This document shows positions 19,401 to 31,400 of a stretch of DNA of 63,852 nucleotides, in pieces. The position numbers and the translations under genes were made by a program. This stretch comes from a virus (taxonomy: Duplodnaviria; Caudoviricetes). Each line of letters begins with the position of its first letter. The stretch's first letter is position 1. The stretch is from positions 1-63,852 of IMG/VR virus record IMGVR_UViG_3300030389_002358; one strand, given 5' to 3'. The notes beneath the pieces were generated by a model that did no database searches, was not told the DNA's origin, and was given only the letters and a program-made list of their open reading frames with translations.

Positions 19401-20846
19401 TTATTTTATTAATACAAAGTTGTTTGCAGCTTGTACTACTAAACATCTTTCAGATAGGTAGTTAATCTCCATCTTATCGATGTTTGAACTAGTTGGTCCA
19501 CCAACTGATCCAGTCACCCAAGACTTTAATTTTCTATCATCTGCTTGTCCAGCTCTATATCTAACATGTAAGAAAGGTTTTCTTACGTTAGCTCCTACTT
19601 GCTGATCATATACTGAAGAAGTACCTGCAGGAATTAAAACTCCTTTGATATCTCCAATCATACCTCTTGTAGAAGAGTCGTTTAGATATTTCCAATCTGT
19701 TTTATAGAAGTCATATGAACCTCTTCTAAATCCTGTAAATCCAAGATTAAGTGCCATATCTTCAGAGTTTTCAAATACTCCGTAAGCAGTACCACCTTGT
19801 GATCCAACAGATATATTAGCTAATATATCATCAAATATTAGATTAGATGATCTATCTAAGTAAAGCATATTTTCTTCAATAGCTCCTTGCTTATCTAATT
19901 CAGCTAAAAGGTTATCAAAATCTGATAAACCATCGGCAGTTGCGTCTACTAAGTCAGTAGAAACAATACCTCTGTTTTCAATAGCAGAGAATAAACCTTC
20001 AGAACCTGCAACACCTACGTCAGAGTTTGCAGTAGCTGTACCAGATACCGCTGCTTTTTCAGCTTCAACTAATGACATCTCCATGTAATCATTGAATCTA
20101 GTTCTAGTGTCACCTGAAGATTTTAAATACCATAAGTATCCACCTTGTCCAGACTCACCAGCTACTTCGATCCAACCGATTTGAGCAGTGTCAGAACCAT
20201 TAATTTCAAAATGATCTTTAATAATCATTGGCTGATTAGTAAAAGTTTTGAAGTTAGGCTCAATAGAGTTTTGCATTGTATCAGTACCTTTATCAAACTC
20301 AGAACCGTATACAAAGAACTTAATAGCTACGGCAGTATCACTACCTGTTAATGTTGCTAAATCTTTGAAGTTTTGAGCACCATATGGTTTTAATGTTAAC
20401 TGATCAGTTGCGTTTTCAACACCCGTAGTACATAATGCTTTACATACTTTGGTTCCACCTGCACCAGTAATAGAAGCTACTACAGTAGCGCCTTTTCTTA
20501 CCGCGTGAGCTATGTTAGATCCTGACTGGTTGTCAATATCTTTGATAGCTGTTACAGCACCGTTTGTACAGTTGACTGTTGCTTTATAAGCTAAATGTAA
20601 TCTACCTTGCTCAGACCAAATAACTTGATCAGACTGTAAAGGCATTTCAGCACTTAGCATAGCTAGAAATCCAGATATAGTTCTGTTACCATATCTATCG
20701 ACTTCTTGCTCGTATAATTCAGGTAGATACTGTTGTGTCCACCCGTTACTTTGGATGTCTAAATAGTTAGATGCCAAAGTCATTTTTTGATAAGCTGGGC
20801 TTACCAAATTGGCCACCGCTGGGCCAGAAAAACTTGCTGTTGACAT
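19401..20846 (-). CDS. Major capsid protein
   Basis: 481 aa after portal and scaffold, followed by a terminator; QQYLPELYEQEVDRYGNR, WSEQGRLH and YLSERCL motifs. Confidence 0.85.
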   Translation of the reverse strand: MSTASFSGPAVANLVSPAYQKMTLASNYLDIQSNGWTQQYLPELYEQEVDRYGNRTISGFLAMLSAEMPLQSDQVIWSEQGRLHLAYKATVNCTNGAVTAIKDIDNQSGSNIAHAVRKGATVVASITGAGGTKVCKALCTTGVENATDQLTLKPYGAQNFKDLATLTGSDTAVAIKFFVYGSEFDKGTDTMQNSIEPNFKTFTNQPMIIKDHFEINGSDTAQIGWIEVAGESGQGGYLWYLKSSGDTRTRFNDYMEMSLVEAEKAAVSGTATANSDVGVAGSEGLFSAIENRGIVSTDLVDATADGLSDFDNLLAELDKQGAIEENMLYLDRSSNLIFDDILANISVGSQGGTAYGVFENSEDMALNLGFTGFRRGSYDFYKTDWKYLNDSSTRGMIGDIKGVLIPAGTSSVYDQQVGANVRKPFLHVRYRAGQADDRKLKSWVTGSVGGPTSSNIDKMEINYLSERCLVVQAANNFVLIK

Positions 20847-20873
20847 TTTTTTTAAATTTTAATGTTAAACTTG

Positions 20874-22040
20874 TTAATAATTTTTAAGTCGAAATTTTTG
20901 GTTGGAACTATTATCGCCGCTTATAACTCTCATTTTTTGGTTACCGATTTTAACTTGACCATCTGAAGTTTGTCTATTAACATTAATGTTTTTAGCTTCA
21001 CTAGTCATTTGCTTTACAGCATCGGCTTTACCTTGTTCATAAAAATGATTTGCCAAAGCGTCAGCGTTACGCGCAGAAAATAAAGCTTTGTGATAACCTT
21101 TAGCGTCTTGTAGTAAATTATCTTTACTAATATATCCACTAAAAGCTTTTAATACATCACTTTGCGCTTCTTTTGTTTGCGCCGCGTCTTTAACGTTGTA
21201 ACGATATTTCTTGTCCCCAACTTGAAAATCAAAACCTTTGAAGTTCTCATTAAATACTTTATCAGTTTCTTTATTAAAGTGTTTCTGTTGTTTTGCGTTT
21301 AGCTCTTCAACCTTAACCTGCTCATCATTATAACGATTGAAAAAATCTATAGCCTTTTGTTGTTCTGGAGCTAACCTTGAACCCAACTTGACTTCTTGGT
21401 AATATTTGCTCTTTAAACCTTCCAAATGGTTTTTAGCTTGTGCAACCGCTTCTTTATAAGCAAGCTTTTTTCGCTTTATGTCCCTTGGCTCATCTGTTTC
21501 TTCGTCATAGCTAAAATTATCTTCTAACATAAAATTAACTTCATCTGAAGACAAATGAGGTTTTGTAGATTTGTAATACTCTCGCAAGAGTGCTTCGTTA
21601 TCTACATTTGAGTAATCCGCGTTGAGTCGAACATAATCCTCTAACGTTCCACCAGTCTCATTCATAAAGTCTACGACTTTTTGTATGTTCTCTGGTAGTT
21701 CCACTTCTGGAGTTTTTTCTTCAATTTTTTCTTCAACCTCTTCTTCTTCTTCTACTTCTTCAGTAGTTTCAGGTTGCTCTTCTTCATCAGTTACTTCTTC
21801 AAGCACTAACTCTTCTTTTGTTTCTTCCTGTTTTTCTTCTTCAACAGGTTCTACATTAATCTTAGCATCAACTGGTTTTTCTTCTTCAGTAGTTTGATCT
21901 AAGTTCATTTTATAAGTACCGTCTTCCTGGAAGCCAGTATCTTTTTTAGGTTCTTCAGCTTTTTGCTCTTCAACTACAGTTTCTTCAACTTTAGTTTCTT
22001 CAGCTGTTTGCTCAACAACCTCTTCTTTGTTTTCTGCCAT
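20874..22040 (-). CDS. Capsid scaffolding protein
   Basis: Very acidic N-terminal half and helical C-terminal half; lies between portal and capsid genes. Confidence 0.75.
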   Translation of the reverse strand: MAENKEEVVEQTAEETKVEETVVEEQKAEEPKKDTGFQEDGTYKMNLDQTTEEEKPVDAKINVEPVEEEKQEETKEELVLEEVTDEEEQPETTEEVEEEEEVEEKIEEKTPEVELPENIQKVVDFMNETGGTLEDYVRLNADYSNVDNEALLREYYKSTKPHLSSDEVNFMLEDNFSYDEETDEPRDIKRKKLAYKEAVAQAKNHLEGLKSKYYQEVKLGSRLAPEQQKAIDFFNRYNDEQVKVEELNAKQQKHFNKETDKVFNENFKGFDFQVGDKKYRYNVKDAAQTKEAQSDVLKAFSGYISKDNLLQDAKGYHKALFSARNADALANHFYEQGKADAVKQMTSEAKNINVNRQTSDGQVKIGNQKMRVISGDNSSNQKFRLKNY

Positions 22041-22067
22041 AATATAATACTATATAATTAATAAAAT

Positions 22068-24485
22068 TTATCTTGGTTCAAATTGTTCCAAGTCAAATCC
22101 ACCTAAATTATCAAATCCAGAAGATTCAAATCTTTTAGCTGGTAAATCTTTTTTTCTTTGCTCAATCATTTCAGATTGTTGACTAGCTTGTATTCTAGTT
22201 CTTTCATCTTTACGATCTTCTTTGTACTTCTCTTTATCTTTAATTACACTTCTTTCTTGATCTTTAAGCCTCATATTTAAATTAAATTCTTTTTCCATTA
22301 AATCAAATTTAATTTGCGCTTCTTTTTCCATTTTCTCAATGTCAAGTTTGTTTTGCATTTGTGCTAGCTGTACTTTACTTTCAGTTACAACTTGTTGTTT
22401 TTGAGCTTCCGCTTGAGCTGCAGCTTGAGAAGACTGAGCGTTAGCATCAGCGTTTGCTTTTATATTTTGCTGAGCTATAGCTTGATCTCTTTCTTGTTTC
22501 TTTCTTCTTCTAAGTTTTAGTAATTGATTAGCTAACTTTAAATTCTTTACTTCTCTAATGTCAATAGCATCTTCAAGCTCTATAGCTTGTTGTTGTAATG
22601 CCATTTGTATATTATTTTCTAATCTTTGTTTTTCTTCTTCGTCTGGTTCTAATTCTAAGAATATGCCAAAATCATGTATATGTAATTCTTTAACTTGATT
22701 TAAAGTACCAACATTAAATCTACCTAGTGAATTTATAAACTGATTTCTACTGTTTGAATATTCTAATACGTCTGATACTCTTAATGAAACAGCCTCTGCT
22801 GTTTTTAAAGTTAAATAAATACCAGCATCTAATATGTGTTTTGTAGCTGTATTACTATTTGCCGCCGCTAATTTTTGTAAACCAATTAAAGACTTTTCAT
22901 TAGGCTTACTACCATCTCTTGCTTCATTTAAACCAGTTACATCACGAATCATTTGTAGATAATAATTATAAGCGTTTATTAAACTACCTATTTTAGCTTG
23001 ACCATTACTTGACTGTAATTCTTGTATAGGCATCCTACCATTATTAAAATCACCATCTTGCGTCATTGATCTGCCTATAACACTACCAGTTTGAAAATAC
23101 ATATTAAGTGCTTCTTGCGGGTTATAGTTTGTACCATTACCTAAATCTATTTCAGCTAAACCATCAGCATCTAAATAAACACCATCAGGTACCATACGTG
23201 ACATTACCTGTTGTAGTTTTAAATGCGTTAATTGTATCATATCAGCAAATGTAGTCATACGACTAACTAAAGATTCTGGTCTACCCTTGTACATACGAGG
23301 AGCAACTAAATTATAACTCATTGCTACCTTTGTTATATCTGATTTAGGCCTAGTCATATTTTCACACATTTTCCAGTCTAATAAAATATCATGGCCTAGT
23401 ATCTTAACACCTGCGTATAAAACTTCTATTGACCTTTGTACTCTTTCAAATCTAGCTCTTGAATCTTTTGGTGGGTTAAACGTATCATCTTTTTTCAAAG
23501 CTTTGCTTGCGCCGCTTGCTGTTTGTTTTACTTTGTAAACTTGATTATGAAATGTTTTATACTCAAAATACAATACATTAACATAATGTGTGTTTTGGCT
23601 GTCTTCAGGATAATAAACATACTTATCATATTTAGAGTCTGAATATTTTTTCTCTAAATCTTCTATTTGCTCGGTTGTTAGTTCTGGAAACTGTTTCTTT
23701 AAGTCTGTTATGCTAGTTCGCTTTACTTCGCCAAAATAATATAAATCATCAAAATATGGTGACTCGCTATAAGAATAAACTATTTTTGAAGGATCAGTGT
23801 ATTCTATTTTAATGCCTTCAGCTGTATTAAAACTATTTTTTACACACGCTATACCTAAAACAGCTAGATCATAGTCTAATCTCTTTTTAACTAAACTATA
23901 TTTGTTTAGATTCATTATATTGTCTAGCGCTTCTTCTTCTGCTATTTCAATTGATTGTTTATAATCAAGTTGCATGTGCACTGATAATTCTTCATCGTTT
24001 TCAGGTAATTTTTCAGGATCATTATTAAATGTATTTAAACCTGTTTGCGCTTGAACATTATCTTTAAATGTTTTAAACTGCATATCTTCTAACATATTTT
24101 CTATATAGTCAGTTCTTTTTTGTGCAGCTATTGGGTCTTGAGAAAATGCTTTTATTTTATATAATCTTTCAGATATACCATTAACAACAATATCTACAAA
24201 CTTAGGTATAATAGGTACAGGTTTCCAGTCTAAATTAAGATAAGATAAATCACCGTTTATAGATAATTCATCTTTATATTTTTGTATGCTTTGCTCGCCT
24301 CTTGCATATAATTTTAATTCGTGAAAATGATTAGCCGTATCATAGTATCTTGATCTACCTTGATCCTGCTTAAACCACTCGGATTCTATAGCCTTTGCAA
24401 CTTGCAAGCCATAATCTAAACTAGACTTTTCAATGTCTGGCACTGCCTGACTTGGAAAACTAGATTTACCTTTTGTTTTAATCAT
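22068..24485 (-). CDS. Portal protein
   Basis: 805 aa directly after the terminase; SYLNLDWKPVPIIPKFVDIVVNG and IRDVTGLNEARDG; long C-terminal coiled coil. Confidence 0.85.
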   Translation of the reverse strand: MIKTKGKSSFPSQAVPDIEKSSLDYGLQVAKAIESEWFKQDQGRSRYYDTANHFHELKLYARGEQSIQKYKDELSINGDLSYLNLDWKPVPIIPKFVDIVVNGISERLYKIKAFSQDPIAAQKRTDYIENMLEDMQFKTFKDNVQAQTGLNTFNNDPEKLPENDEELSVHMQLDYKQSIEIAEEEALDNIMNLNKYSLVKKRLDYDLAVLGIACVKNSFNTAEGIKIEYTDPSKIVYSYSESPYFDDLYYFGEVKRTSITDLKKQFPELTTEQIEDLEKKYSDSKYDKYVYYPEDSQNTHYVNVLYFEYKTFHNQVYKVKQTASGASKALKKDDTFNPPKDSRARFERVQRSIEVLYAGVKILGHDILLDWKMCENMTRPKSDITKVAMSYNLVAPRMYKGRPESLVSRMTTFADMIQLTHLKLQQVMSRMVPDGVYLDADGLAEIDLGNGTNYNPQEALNMYFQTGSVIGRSMTQDGDFNNGRMPIQELQSSNGQAKIGSLINAYNYYLQMIRDVTGLNEARDGSKPNEKSLIGLQKLAAANSNTATKHILDAGIYLTLKTAEAVSLRVSDVLEYSNSRNQFINSLGRFNVGTLNQVKELHIHDFGIFLELEPDEEEKQRLENNIQMALQQQAIELEDAIDIREVKNLKLANQLLKLRRRKKQERDQAIAQQNIKANADANAQSSQAAAQAEAQKQQVVTESKVQLAQMQNKLDIEKMEKEAQIKFDLMEKEFNLNMRLKDQERSVIKDKEKYKEDRKDERTRIQASQQSEMIEQRKKDLPAKRFESSGFDNLGGFDLEQFEPR

Positions 24486-26676
24486 TATTTATTATTTTTG
24501 ATAATGTTCCCTTATTATTGTATTTTGAAAAACCAAAATTAATTTTTGTTTTTAGTTTTTCACCTATTGGTGTATATAAATGTCTATTGCAACCCATTAT
24601 AGCTAAACCTGAACTAATAGTAGCATCAAACTTTGTTCTATTATTAATATCAAACTTAGACCATTCATTTAAAGTGTTATTAAATGGTAAGTTGTCTGAT
24701 TCACCTACATACTTTGATATATAACTCTCAATAGCTGAAGCGTGTGCTTGTTTAACATCTTCGCTTGAGTTTGGTATACCACCTATTTCTTTTTCTGTTA
24801 CAGATAATTTATTCCAAACTTTATCAGGTCTGTTCATGGAATAACCCCTGTAGCCTCTACGTTTTAAATAGTATAATAATCTTGGTTTATTATTTTCTGC
24901 TAACATTGGCATGCCATAAAAAAATAAAGCCATCAATACATCTTCAAAAAATATCTCTGCTGTTTGCGGCCTAGCTATATATTCTAAAAAAAATTTATTT
25001 GGTGGGCAATCTTCCATACTAAATTTAGTTAGCCCGTGTAAAGCTCCTTTAGAACCTTTGTTATCAACAGTGCCTGATATATCATAACTATCACAACCAA
25101 AAGCACCTATATGTTCGTTTAATGGAAATTTAAATCCATTTTTAATAAAGTATTTATTTTGTAAATTTAATGGCGGCACCCAAGATATATTAAATCTTCC
25201 ATTACTTAAATCAGGAACAAATACTACTTCAGTATCTTTTATACCATCTTTCCATTGAAAGTTACCTTTTATAGGTTTTTTATTATAATCATTATAATCT
25301 ATTTGTTCGTATATTTTTGCCAAGTTAAATATACTATTTTTTGTTTCGTCTCTAAACGCGTGTTCTTCAGTTCTTGGAAACTGTCTATAAAATTCATTTA
25401 AAGCATCTTGATCATTTTTTAAACCATCAGCTTCATTTTGCCAATGATCAATAACACCTATATCTATATAATCTCCATACGGACCTTTTATTTCTTTATC
25501 AGGTGTGTTAAAAACAGGTTGTCCATATTCGTCCATAAACCCTTCATAATTCCACTCCATAGGTATAAATAAACTATATAAGCCTGAACTCGTTTGTCCA
25601 TTTTTGTTTCTTTTAGTAACGTTTGACTCGTCATATATTTTTTTAAACTCTTTACCACCTTTATCCAATGAGTTACTTGTAGATCCCATCATACACTTAC
25701 CAATAACTCTACTACCTAATCTTAATGTTGTTTTAGTTACGCGCCAGTTATTTAATATGTTATTAGGTCTTTCCCACTTACCACTTTCATCATGTACTAA
25801 TAGTTTTAGTTTTTCACCATCATAACTGTTATCACCGGTATTTTTCCAGTCTATAGTTGTGTCAAGTCCATCTAACTCTTCTGGCTTTTGATCAGTGCTA
25901 GTTATATTACGCCTGGTAAGTTTTGAAGCTGGTACTCTATATGCTAATTCTGTTTTGGGCCTATCCATACCATCTTGTATCGGTTTGAAAAAGAACGGAT
26001 AATTAACGGATATTGGAACGACTTTATCAGTAAACATCTTTTTTGCATCGGGCCCAGACTTGGATAATATTCCAAACCTAGCATCGCTTGATATGGTTGC
26101 CATATTAACAGTTTCCCCTGATGCCATAAAGGAGAACCCAGATCTTCTATTTTTAAGATAACACATTCCGTAACATCTGGTATCCGCCTTACAAGCTTCC
26201 CAGAAAATGTAGAATAATCTGTTTGCTTCTCGGAAGTCTGGCTTCCCAACATCAATCTTTGACCACTGCAGGTACATATAATGAGTGCCAGTAATATAAG
26301 TAGGATTATCTTTGTTATAAAACCAAAAACCTTGTTCTCTTCTTGTAAATTCATTTTCAATATAATCTATATATTTATTTTTAAATGAATCAGGATATTC
26401 TCTCCAATCAAAAATAGTTTTTATTCTATGTAGTTCTTTTGGATAATTAGTAACTTGCCACTTGTTTTGTTTAAAACTATGGCAACGTTTAGGCGTTTTA
26501 GGTAAAGCTATTTTTAAATTTTGTATTTCATATATATCACCTATTTCACCTGTTTTAGATATAACAACAATATCGTGTTCTTTATTATATCCATATTTCC
26601 ATTTTTTACCTTTATTTAAGCGGTTAATGGTATTTGTTTTTATAGGTTTTATTATTGCATATAAACTATTATACAT
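24478..26676 (-). CDS. terL: Terminase large subunit
   Basis: Walker A-like KNRRSGFS, Walker B LLVHDESGKW, coupling motif MGST, RNase H-like GCDSYD and C-terminal FDATISSG. Confidence 0.9.
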   Translation of the reverse strand: MYNSLYAIIKPIKTNTINRLNKGKKWKYGYNKEHDIVVISKTGEIGDIYEIQNLKIALPKTPKRCHSFKQNKWQVTNYPKELHRIKTIFDWREYPDSFKNKYIDYIENEFTRREQGFWFYNKDNPTYITGTHYMYLQWSKIDVGKPDFREANRLFYIFWEACKADTRCYGMCYLKNRRSGFSFMASGETVNMATISSDARFGILSKSGPDAKKMFTDKVVPISVNYPFFFKPIQDGMDRPKTELAYRVPASKLTRRNITSTDQKPEELDGLDTTIDWKNTGDNSYDGEKLKLLVHDESGKWERPNNILNNWRVTKTTLRLGSRVIGKCMMGSTSNSLDKGGKEFKKIYDESNVTKRNKNGQTSSGLYSLFIPMEWNYEGFMDEYGQPVFNTPDKEIKGPYGDYIDIGVIDHWQNEADGLKNDQDALNEFYRQFPRTEEHAFRDETKNSIFNLAKIYEQIDYNDYNKKPIKGNFQWKDGIKDTEVVFVPDLSNGRFNISWVPPLNLQNKYFIKNGFKFPLNEHIGAFGCDSYDISGTVDNKGSKGALHGLTKFSMEDCPPNKFFLEYIARPQTAEIFFEDVLMALFFYGMPMLAENNKPRLLYYLKRRGYRGYSMNRPDKVWNKLSVTEKEIGGIPNSSEDVKQAHASAIESYISKYVGESDNLPFNNTLNEWSKFDINNRTKFDATISSGLAIMGCNRHLYTPIGEKLKTKINFGFSKYNNKGTLSKIINND

Positions 26677-26948
26677 TACTTTGATTTTCTTTCAGCAAAA
26701 CCTCCAAATGATTTTGGTTGATTTTCTATTGGTTTATCTTCTAATATATTTTTTTCTGTTTCTATTCTGTTGAGTATTTCAAACGCATCGAATATAGCTA
26801 GCTTTTTAGTTGCAGCAGCGTTTTTTAATCTATCAGCAGAAACATCATCATCACTATCAACTATTTTTTCTTTAGCAACCTTTATTAGTTCATCAACTGC
26901 TTTGTATCCAGCTTCTATTATTTTCTTTTTCTTCTGGTTTAGATTCAT
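26676..26948 (-). CDS. Small helical protein, candidate terminase small subunit
   Basis: 90 aa, translationally coupled upstream of terL. Confidence 0.45.
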   Translation of the reverse strand: MNLNQKKKKIIEAGYKAVDELIKVAKEKIVDSDDDVSADRLKNAAATKKLAIFDAFEILNRIETEKNILEDKPIENQPKSFGGFAERKSK

Positions 26949-27447
26949 ATTTAATTGTAATAAAATTTGTTTTTAATCTGTATAGTTTATCATCATCAAT
27001 CATAAACTCATATTCACCACTAGGCCTATAACCAACTATATCACCTTTTTTGTACTTATCAGAATATTGTACTTCTCCTATTAAATCATCTAATGGTTTA
27101 ACAAAAGTGTAACCTGGAAGAGCTTTCCATTTATTATTAGATTTATATGCGTATATTTGCGTATCATCTATTTTATATAAATTTTCTTTTATGTAACTAC
27201 TACTGTTTTTTTCTTTGCCTCTAGCGTCATGCCATCTTCTAAAAACATTATGATGGACTATTACCTCATCTCCAATATTAACACATGTATTAAATTGTGT
27301 TGGTAATCCTACGATTATACCTTGTCTACTAATATATTGATGAGAAAATATTTCAGTATTTAAAATAATTTCTTTGTCACCAATTTTTTTAGTATTGTTA
27401 TATCGCTTCGCTTTAGGTTTTATCAAAAAATAAAACGTGCTTTTCAT
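26893..27447 (-). CDS. GroES-like (tandem cpn10-fold) protein
   Basis: Two GroES-like segments: FLIKP...GIIVGLP...VNIGDEVIVH and TFVKP...GEV...KKGDIVGY...YEFMIDDDKLYRL. Confidence 0.5.
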   Translation of the reverse strand: MKSTFYFLIKPKAKRYNNTKKIGDKEIILNTEIFSHQYISRQGIIVGLPTQFNTCVNIGDEVIVHHNVFRRWHDARGKEKNSSSYIKENLYKIDDTQIYAYKSNNKWKALPGYTFVKPLDDLIGEVQYSDKYKKGDIVGYRPSGEYEFMIDDDKLYRLKTNFITIKYESKPEEKENNRSWIQSS

Positions 27448-27665
27448 TAGTATTCAAGATTATATTCAACAGATATAGCCATGTTTTTATTAAAGTCTTT
27501 CCAAGGAATAACATCTTTATTTTTTTCAATAAAAATACTATACTTAGTTTCATTTTCTACTATATCGCAAATGACGTGCCCTCCGTAGACTTCTTGGCCT
27601 ACGGAGTAATGCATTGCGTCATTTTTATAATCTTTACCAATACTAATCTTCCGTATTAGTTTCAT
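27447..27665 (-). CDS. Hypothetical protein
   Basis: 72-aa ORF coupled to both neighbours. Confidence 0.7.
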   Translation of the reverse strand: MKLIRKISIGKDYKNDAMHYSVGQEVYGGHVICDIVENETKYSIFIEKNKDVIPWKDFNKNMAISVEYNLEY

Positions 27666-27912
27666 CAGTATTTTCCTGAGGTATTTCAGTTATGCTACCG
27701 TCTTGTATATTAATACTAACTTTACCATACTCTTCTTCTAGCGTTTTTTGAAACTCGCTTAATTCAGCTTGCATACCAGCTATATTATGTAGCAAAGCGT
27801 GCTTTTGAGACTCAATACCACCTAATTGTAGTTGAGCTTGGTTTATTGTATTAACTTTACCTTGAAGATCTTTTAAATGTTCTTCAGATATTTTTTCTAC
27901 TTTTTTATTCAT
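27643..27912 (-). CDS. Coiled-coil helical-hairpin protein
   Basis: 89 aa with heptad pattern and C-terminal EEYGKVSINIQDG. Confidence 0.65.
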   Translation of the reverse strand: MNKKVEKISEEHLKDLQGKVNTINQAQLQLGGIESQKHALLHNIAGMQAELSEFQKTLEEEYGKVSINIQDGSITEIPQENTDETNTED

Positions 27913-27947
27913 AATTTATTAAATTTAAGTTAAAATTTACTTTATTA

Positions 27948-27973
27948 TTATCACATAAATAACGTGTTTATTA
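27948..27973 (-). promoter_or_regulatory. Candidate class-2 promoter TAAT-N15-GTGATAA heading the packaging/head operon
   Basis: Intergenic; resembles the elements at 1338-1367, 43958-43983 and 51881-51908. Confidence 0.45.
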
Positions 27974-27987
27974 ACACGCTAGTTTCA

Positions 27988-28359
27988 CTAGGCGTCTGTA
28001 TAAGTTTTATACGCGTCTAATGCTTTAATCGCAGCGTACGCTTGTGCTACTGGATTTTTACCACTTGCTTTAACGTCAACGTCAAAACCACCATTGATAT
28101 TATCAATAATTACGTTTGGCGTATTTGTTCTAGCATCTTTATCTTTATATACCGCAGCACTCCAACCACCGTTTATATTTTTTACCCACTTTGTTTCCAT
28201 AACGGCTTCACTTTTTACAGAGCCGTCTTCATTGTACTTCATAGGAGTTTTTTCAGTAGTTTCTGAATTTATATAACTACTAGTATTTACACTAGTAACC
28301 ATAACATATGCTTTTGCAATATCGATACCCTTGTATGTATATTTACCTTCTAAAGCCAT
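27988..28359 (-). CDS. Hypothetical protein (possible tail-fibre assembly protein)
   Basis: 123 aa directly downstream of the tail fibre gene; C-terminal AQAYAAIK. Confidence 0.55.
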   Translation of the reverse strand: MALEGKYTYKGIDIAKAYVMVTSVNTSSYINSETTEKTPMKYNEDGSVKSEAVMETKWVKNINGGWSAAVYKDKDARTNTPNVIIDNINGGFDVDVKASGKNPVAQAYAAIKALDAYKTYTDA

Positions 28360-28412
28360 TATTCTCTATTTTAATTGTTAAACAAATTAGCTGTTACCAG
28401 CTAAATATCTTA

Positions 28413-31400
28413 TTACTTGTTTTCTAGTTCTTTTACTCTAGCTTCAAGCTCTTGTATTGATTTAAGTAATACTGGTACTAATTTACTATAATCAACGCCT
28501 TGCATTTGCTCGCCATCTTTTTCTCTTGTTACAGCGCTTGGAACAACTTCTTGCAACTCATGAGCTAAAACACCATAACCTCTAGTATCACTTTCTTTCC
28601 ATTTAAAGTCATACATTTTAATTTTAGATGTTATGTCTAGTCCATCAAAATCTTTTAAATCTTCTTTTAATCTATAATCAGAAGTTGTATTATAAGCACA
28701 CACTGATGTGCTACCACCAGTTACAATTTCACCAGAAGTAGAACCTTCTGTTACAAATCTTATAAACTCTCTTCCAGCTGTTGATCCATCGCTATGCTTA
28801 ACTAGTGCTATGTTTGGCGTTGATTCATCTGAAACACTAACCATTACCCCGCTATCATTAGCGCCGCTAGGGAACCTGATACCTGTGCCTGATGTAGATG
28901 CTGTGTTTAAAGTACCGGTTGGAGAGCTTGGATTAATGTAAATGTTACCTTGATCAAATATAAGCATGTCATCAAAAGCCGAGTTATTATTGACCATGCA
29001 GAAATTATATCTTACATTACCGCTAGTTACAGTTTGTTTTAACTGTAATCTATATTGATCTTTTGTACCGTCTGTGTATGCAAGGCGAATTATTTCAGCG
29101 TTGTTAGCGTTACTAGCTGCTGCTATATGTAATGGTGCGTCAGGGCTTGATATACCTATACCAACATCATTATTTGTGTCAATAACAAGTCCAGTTCCAA
29201 TGGCAGATCTTAAATGAAGATTATTATACGAGTTAGATTCATTTATACCTATTATTTGAAACTGACTCACACCTGAGTCTACACTTGTTTCTTGAAACTT
29301 TAAACCAAAGTTTCTACTTCCTTGGAATAAACCAATAGTTCCAGCGTTAGGTTTTTTATTGTAAAAAGCTCCTGTTGTTGATACGCTATAATCATTTCTA
29401 CTAAGAACAAGATCTGCTTTTGAGGTAAAGCTAGCATAATTATCTACATCGCCTGGATCAGTAGCGTCTGCTATAAAATCTTTTACAACCCAACCGCTAC
29501 TTGTTTGCGCCTGATCAATTAAAAATACATCAACAGTATTTGTAGCATTTGCTATATAAACCTGTAGCGCAGCTCCGTCATAAGTACCATGATCTTTTAT
29601 TCTTAATTGTGTAAATATTTCTGTGCTAAACCCGCTATTCATTAACACAGTTAACTGATTAGAAGCGTCTGTTCCAAAGTGATGAGCTGCGTAAAATTCT
29701 ACAGCTTGATGTCTACTACTGGTTTGATCTACTAATCTAAATCTACCTTGCGCTCTGTCTCCAGTGTTAGTTGCTATAGTATACCAACCTGCTGCTAAGT
29801 TAGTAGCTGAGTGTTTTGAAGCATAATTTTTTCCTGTACCACCTGTTATAGTATCTGTAACTGTTACTGTGTTTGAGCTTACACCACCACCTTGAACTGT
29901 TATTCCATTAGCAAACGTTGCAACGCCACCTTCTTCTGCTTCTATAGTATCACCGCATATTTGAACTTTATTAGCAACTGAAGCATCAGCTGTTATATTT
30001 AATATACCACTATTATAAACTATTTCAGCGGCATTATTACCTGATCCAGTAACTCCTCCAAATATTATTTTTTTAGCGGCAGCCATGCTCACATTCTCTG
30101 TAAAATTAGCATTACCATTTACTTGAAATTTAAAGCCTGCGGCAACACTACCACCAATACCAACACCAGCGCTCTCACCACCATGAGGTTGCAAGTGAAG
30201 ATCGTAATATGTAGCTGTATTAGTTCTTCTTTGCATTATCTCACCTATACCACTACCATGCGTTGCAAATAAAGTACCATAAGCTACATCTGAATTAGAA
30301 AATATAGCTGTTGTGTTTGTTGGATTAGTTGCTGAAGTGTCTGGAGCAGTTGTTGCGCCACTTACGTGTAGCATTGTACCTGTATATGGACTAAACGTGT
30401 CAACTCCAACTTGACCATCTGTTACAACATAACCGTTTATAGTTGCGTTTCCTGCAAAAGTTGCATCTTGATTTAAATCTAATTTAAGAGCTTCTGTTGT
30501 ATTAGTATGAAATCTCATGATTTCATTATTTTGCTCGTAGGTAATCATACCCCTGTATTCTTCTGCGCCATCAGCTCTACCATCAGCAAAATATATACTA
30601 CCATAATTACCAGCACTTGAACCACTAAATATTGTTAACCCTTGATTTCCACTACCACTACCAACTACTAAATTGGATGCGTTAGCGTGAAAATCTGTTG
30701 ATGCTCCACTAGTACTAACGTTCCCTCCAAAAGTTGACGAACCATCCGCTAGAAAAGATAATTGAAATAAAGTTGAGCCACTTGTTTGATTTAAAAACTC
30801 TAAAGCATTAGTACTATTTTGGTATCGCATATTCCACTTATTAGTACCATTTTCTCTCCATCTAAAATCAATATCATTTGTGGTGTTAGGTGTTTCTAAT
30901 ATCAACTGCGTGCTAGACTCTTTAATATGTAGCTTACCGGCCGGATCGTTAGTTCCGATTCCTACGTTTCCACCTGAAGGTTGTAAATTTAAATTACCAG
31001 CATTTGCAACGCCTTGTTCTATTGTTTGAAAATTAAATTTCCTATCAGCGGCTGCTGAAGCACCTACAGTAGTTACTTGTAATGTTGAATAATTACTTGT
31101 TTCTGATGAAGTTCCTATATGCATAACTTCTGCCGTACCTGTATTTGTTTTAGTTGCGTTTCTAGCTATAGATAAAATAGCCTCAGGAGAATCAGTTCCA
31201 ATTCCTACATTGCCACTAGAATCAATACGTAAACGCTCGTTGCTAGAGCCACTACCACCTGTATGAAATACTAAATCTTGTCCTGAGTTTGAGGCAAGAT
31301 GAGTGCTTGCAGATGTACTATACAAAAAGAAATCAACTCCGGTTCTACCTAATAGTATTTGACCACCTGAAGTTCCTCTTATATCTAAAGTTTTGTAGTT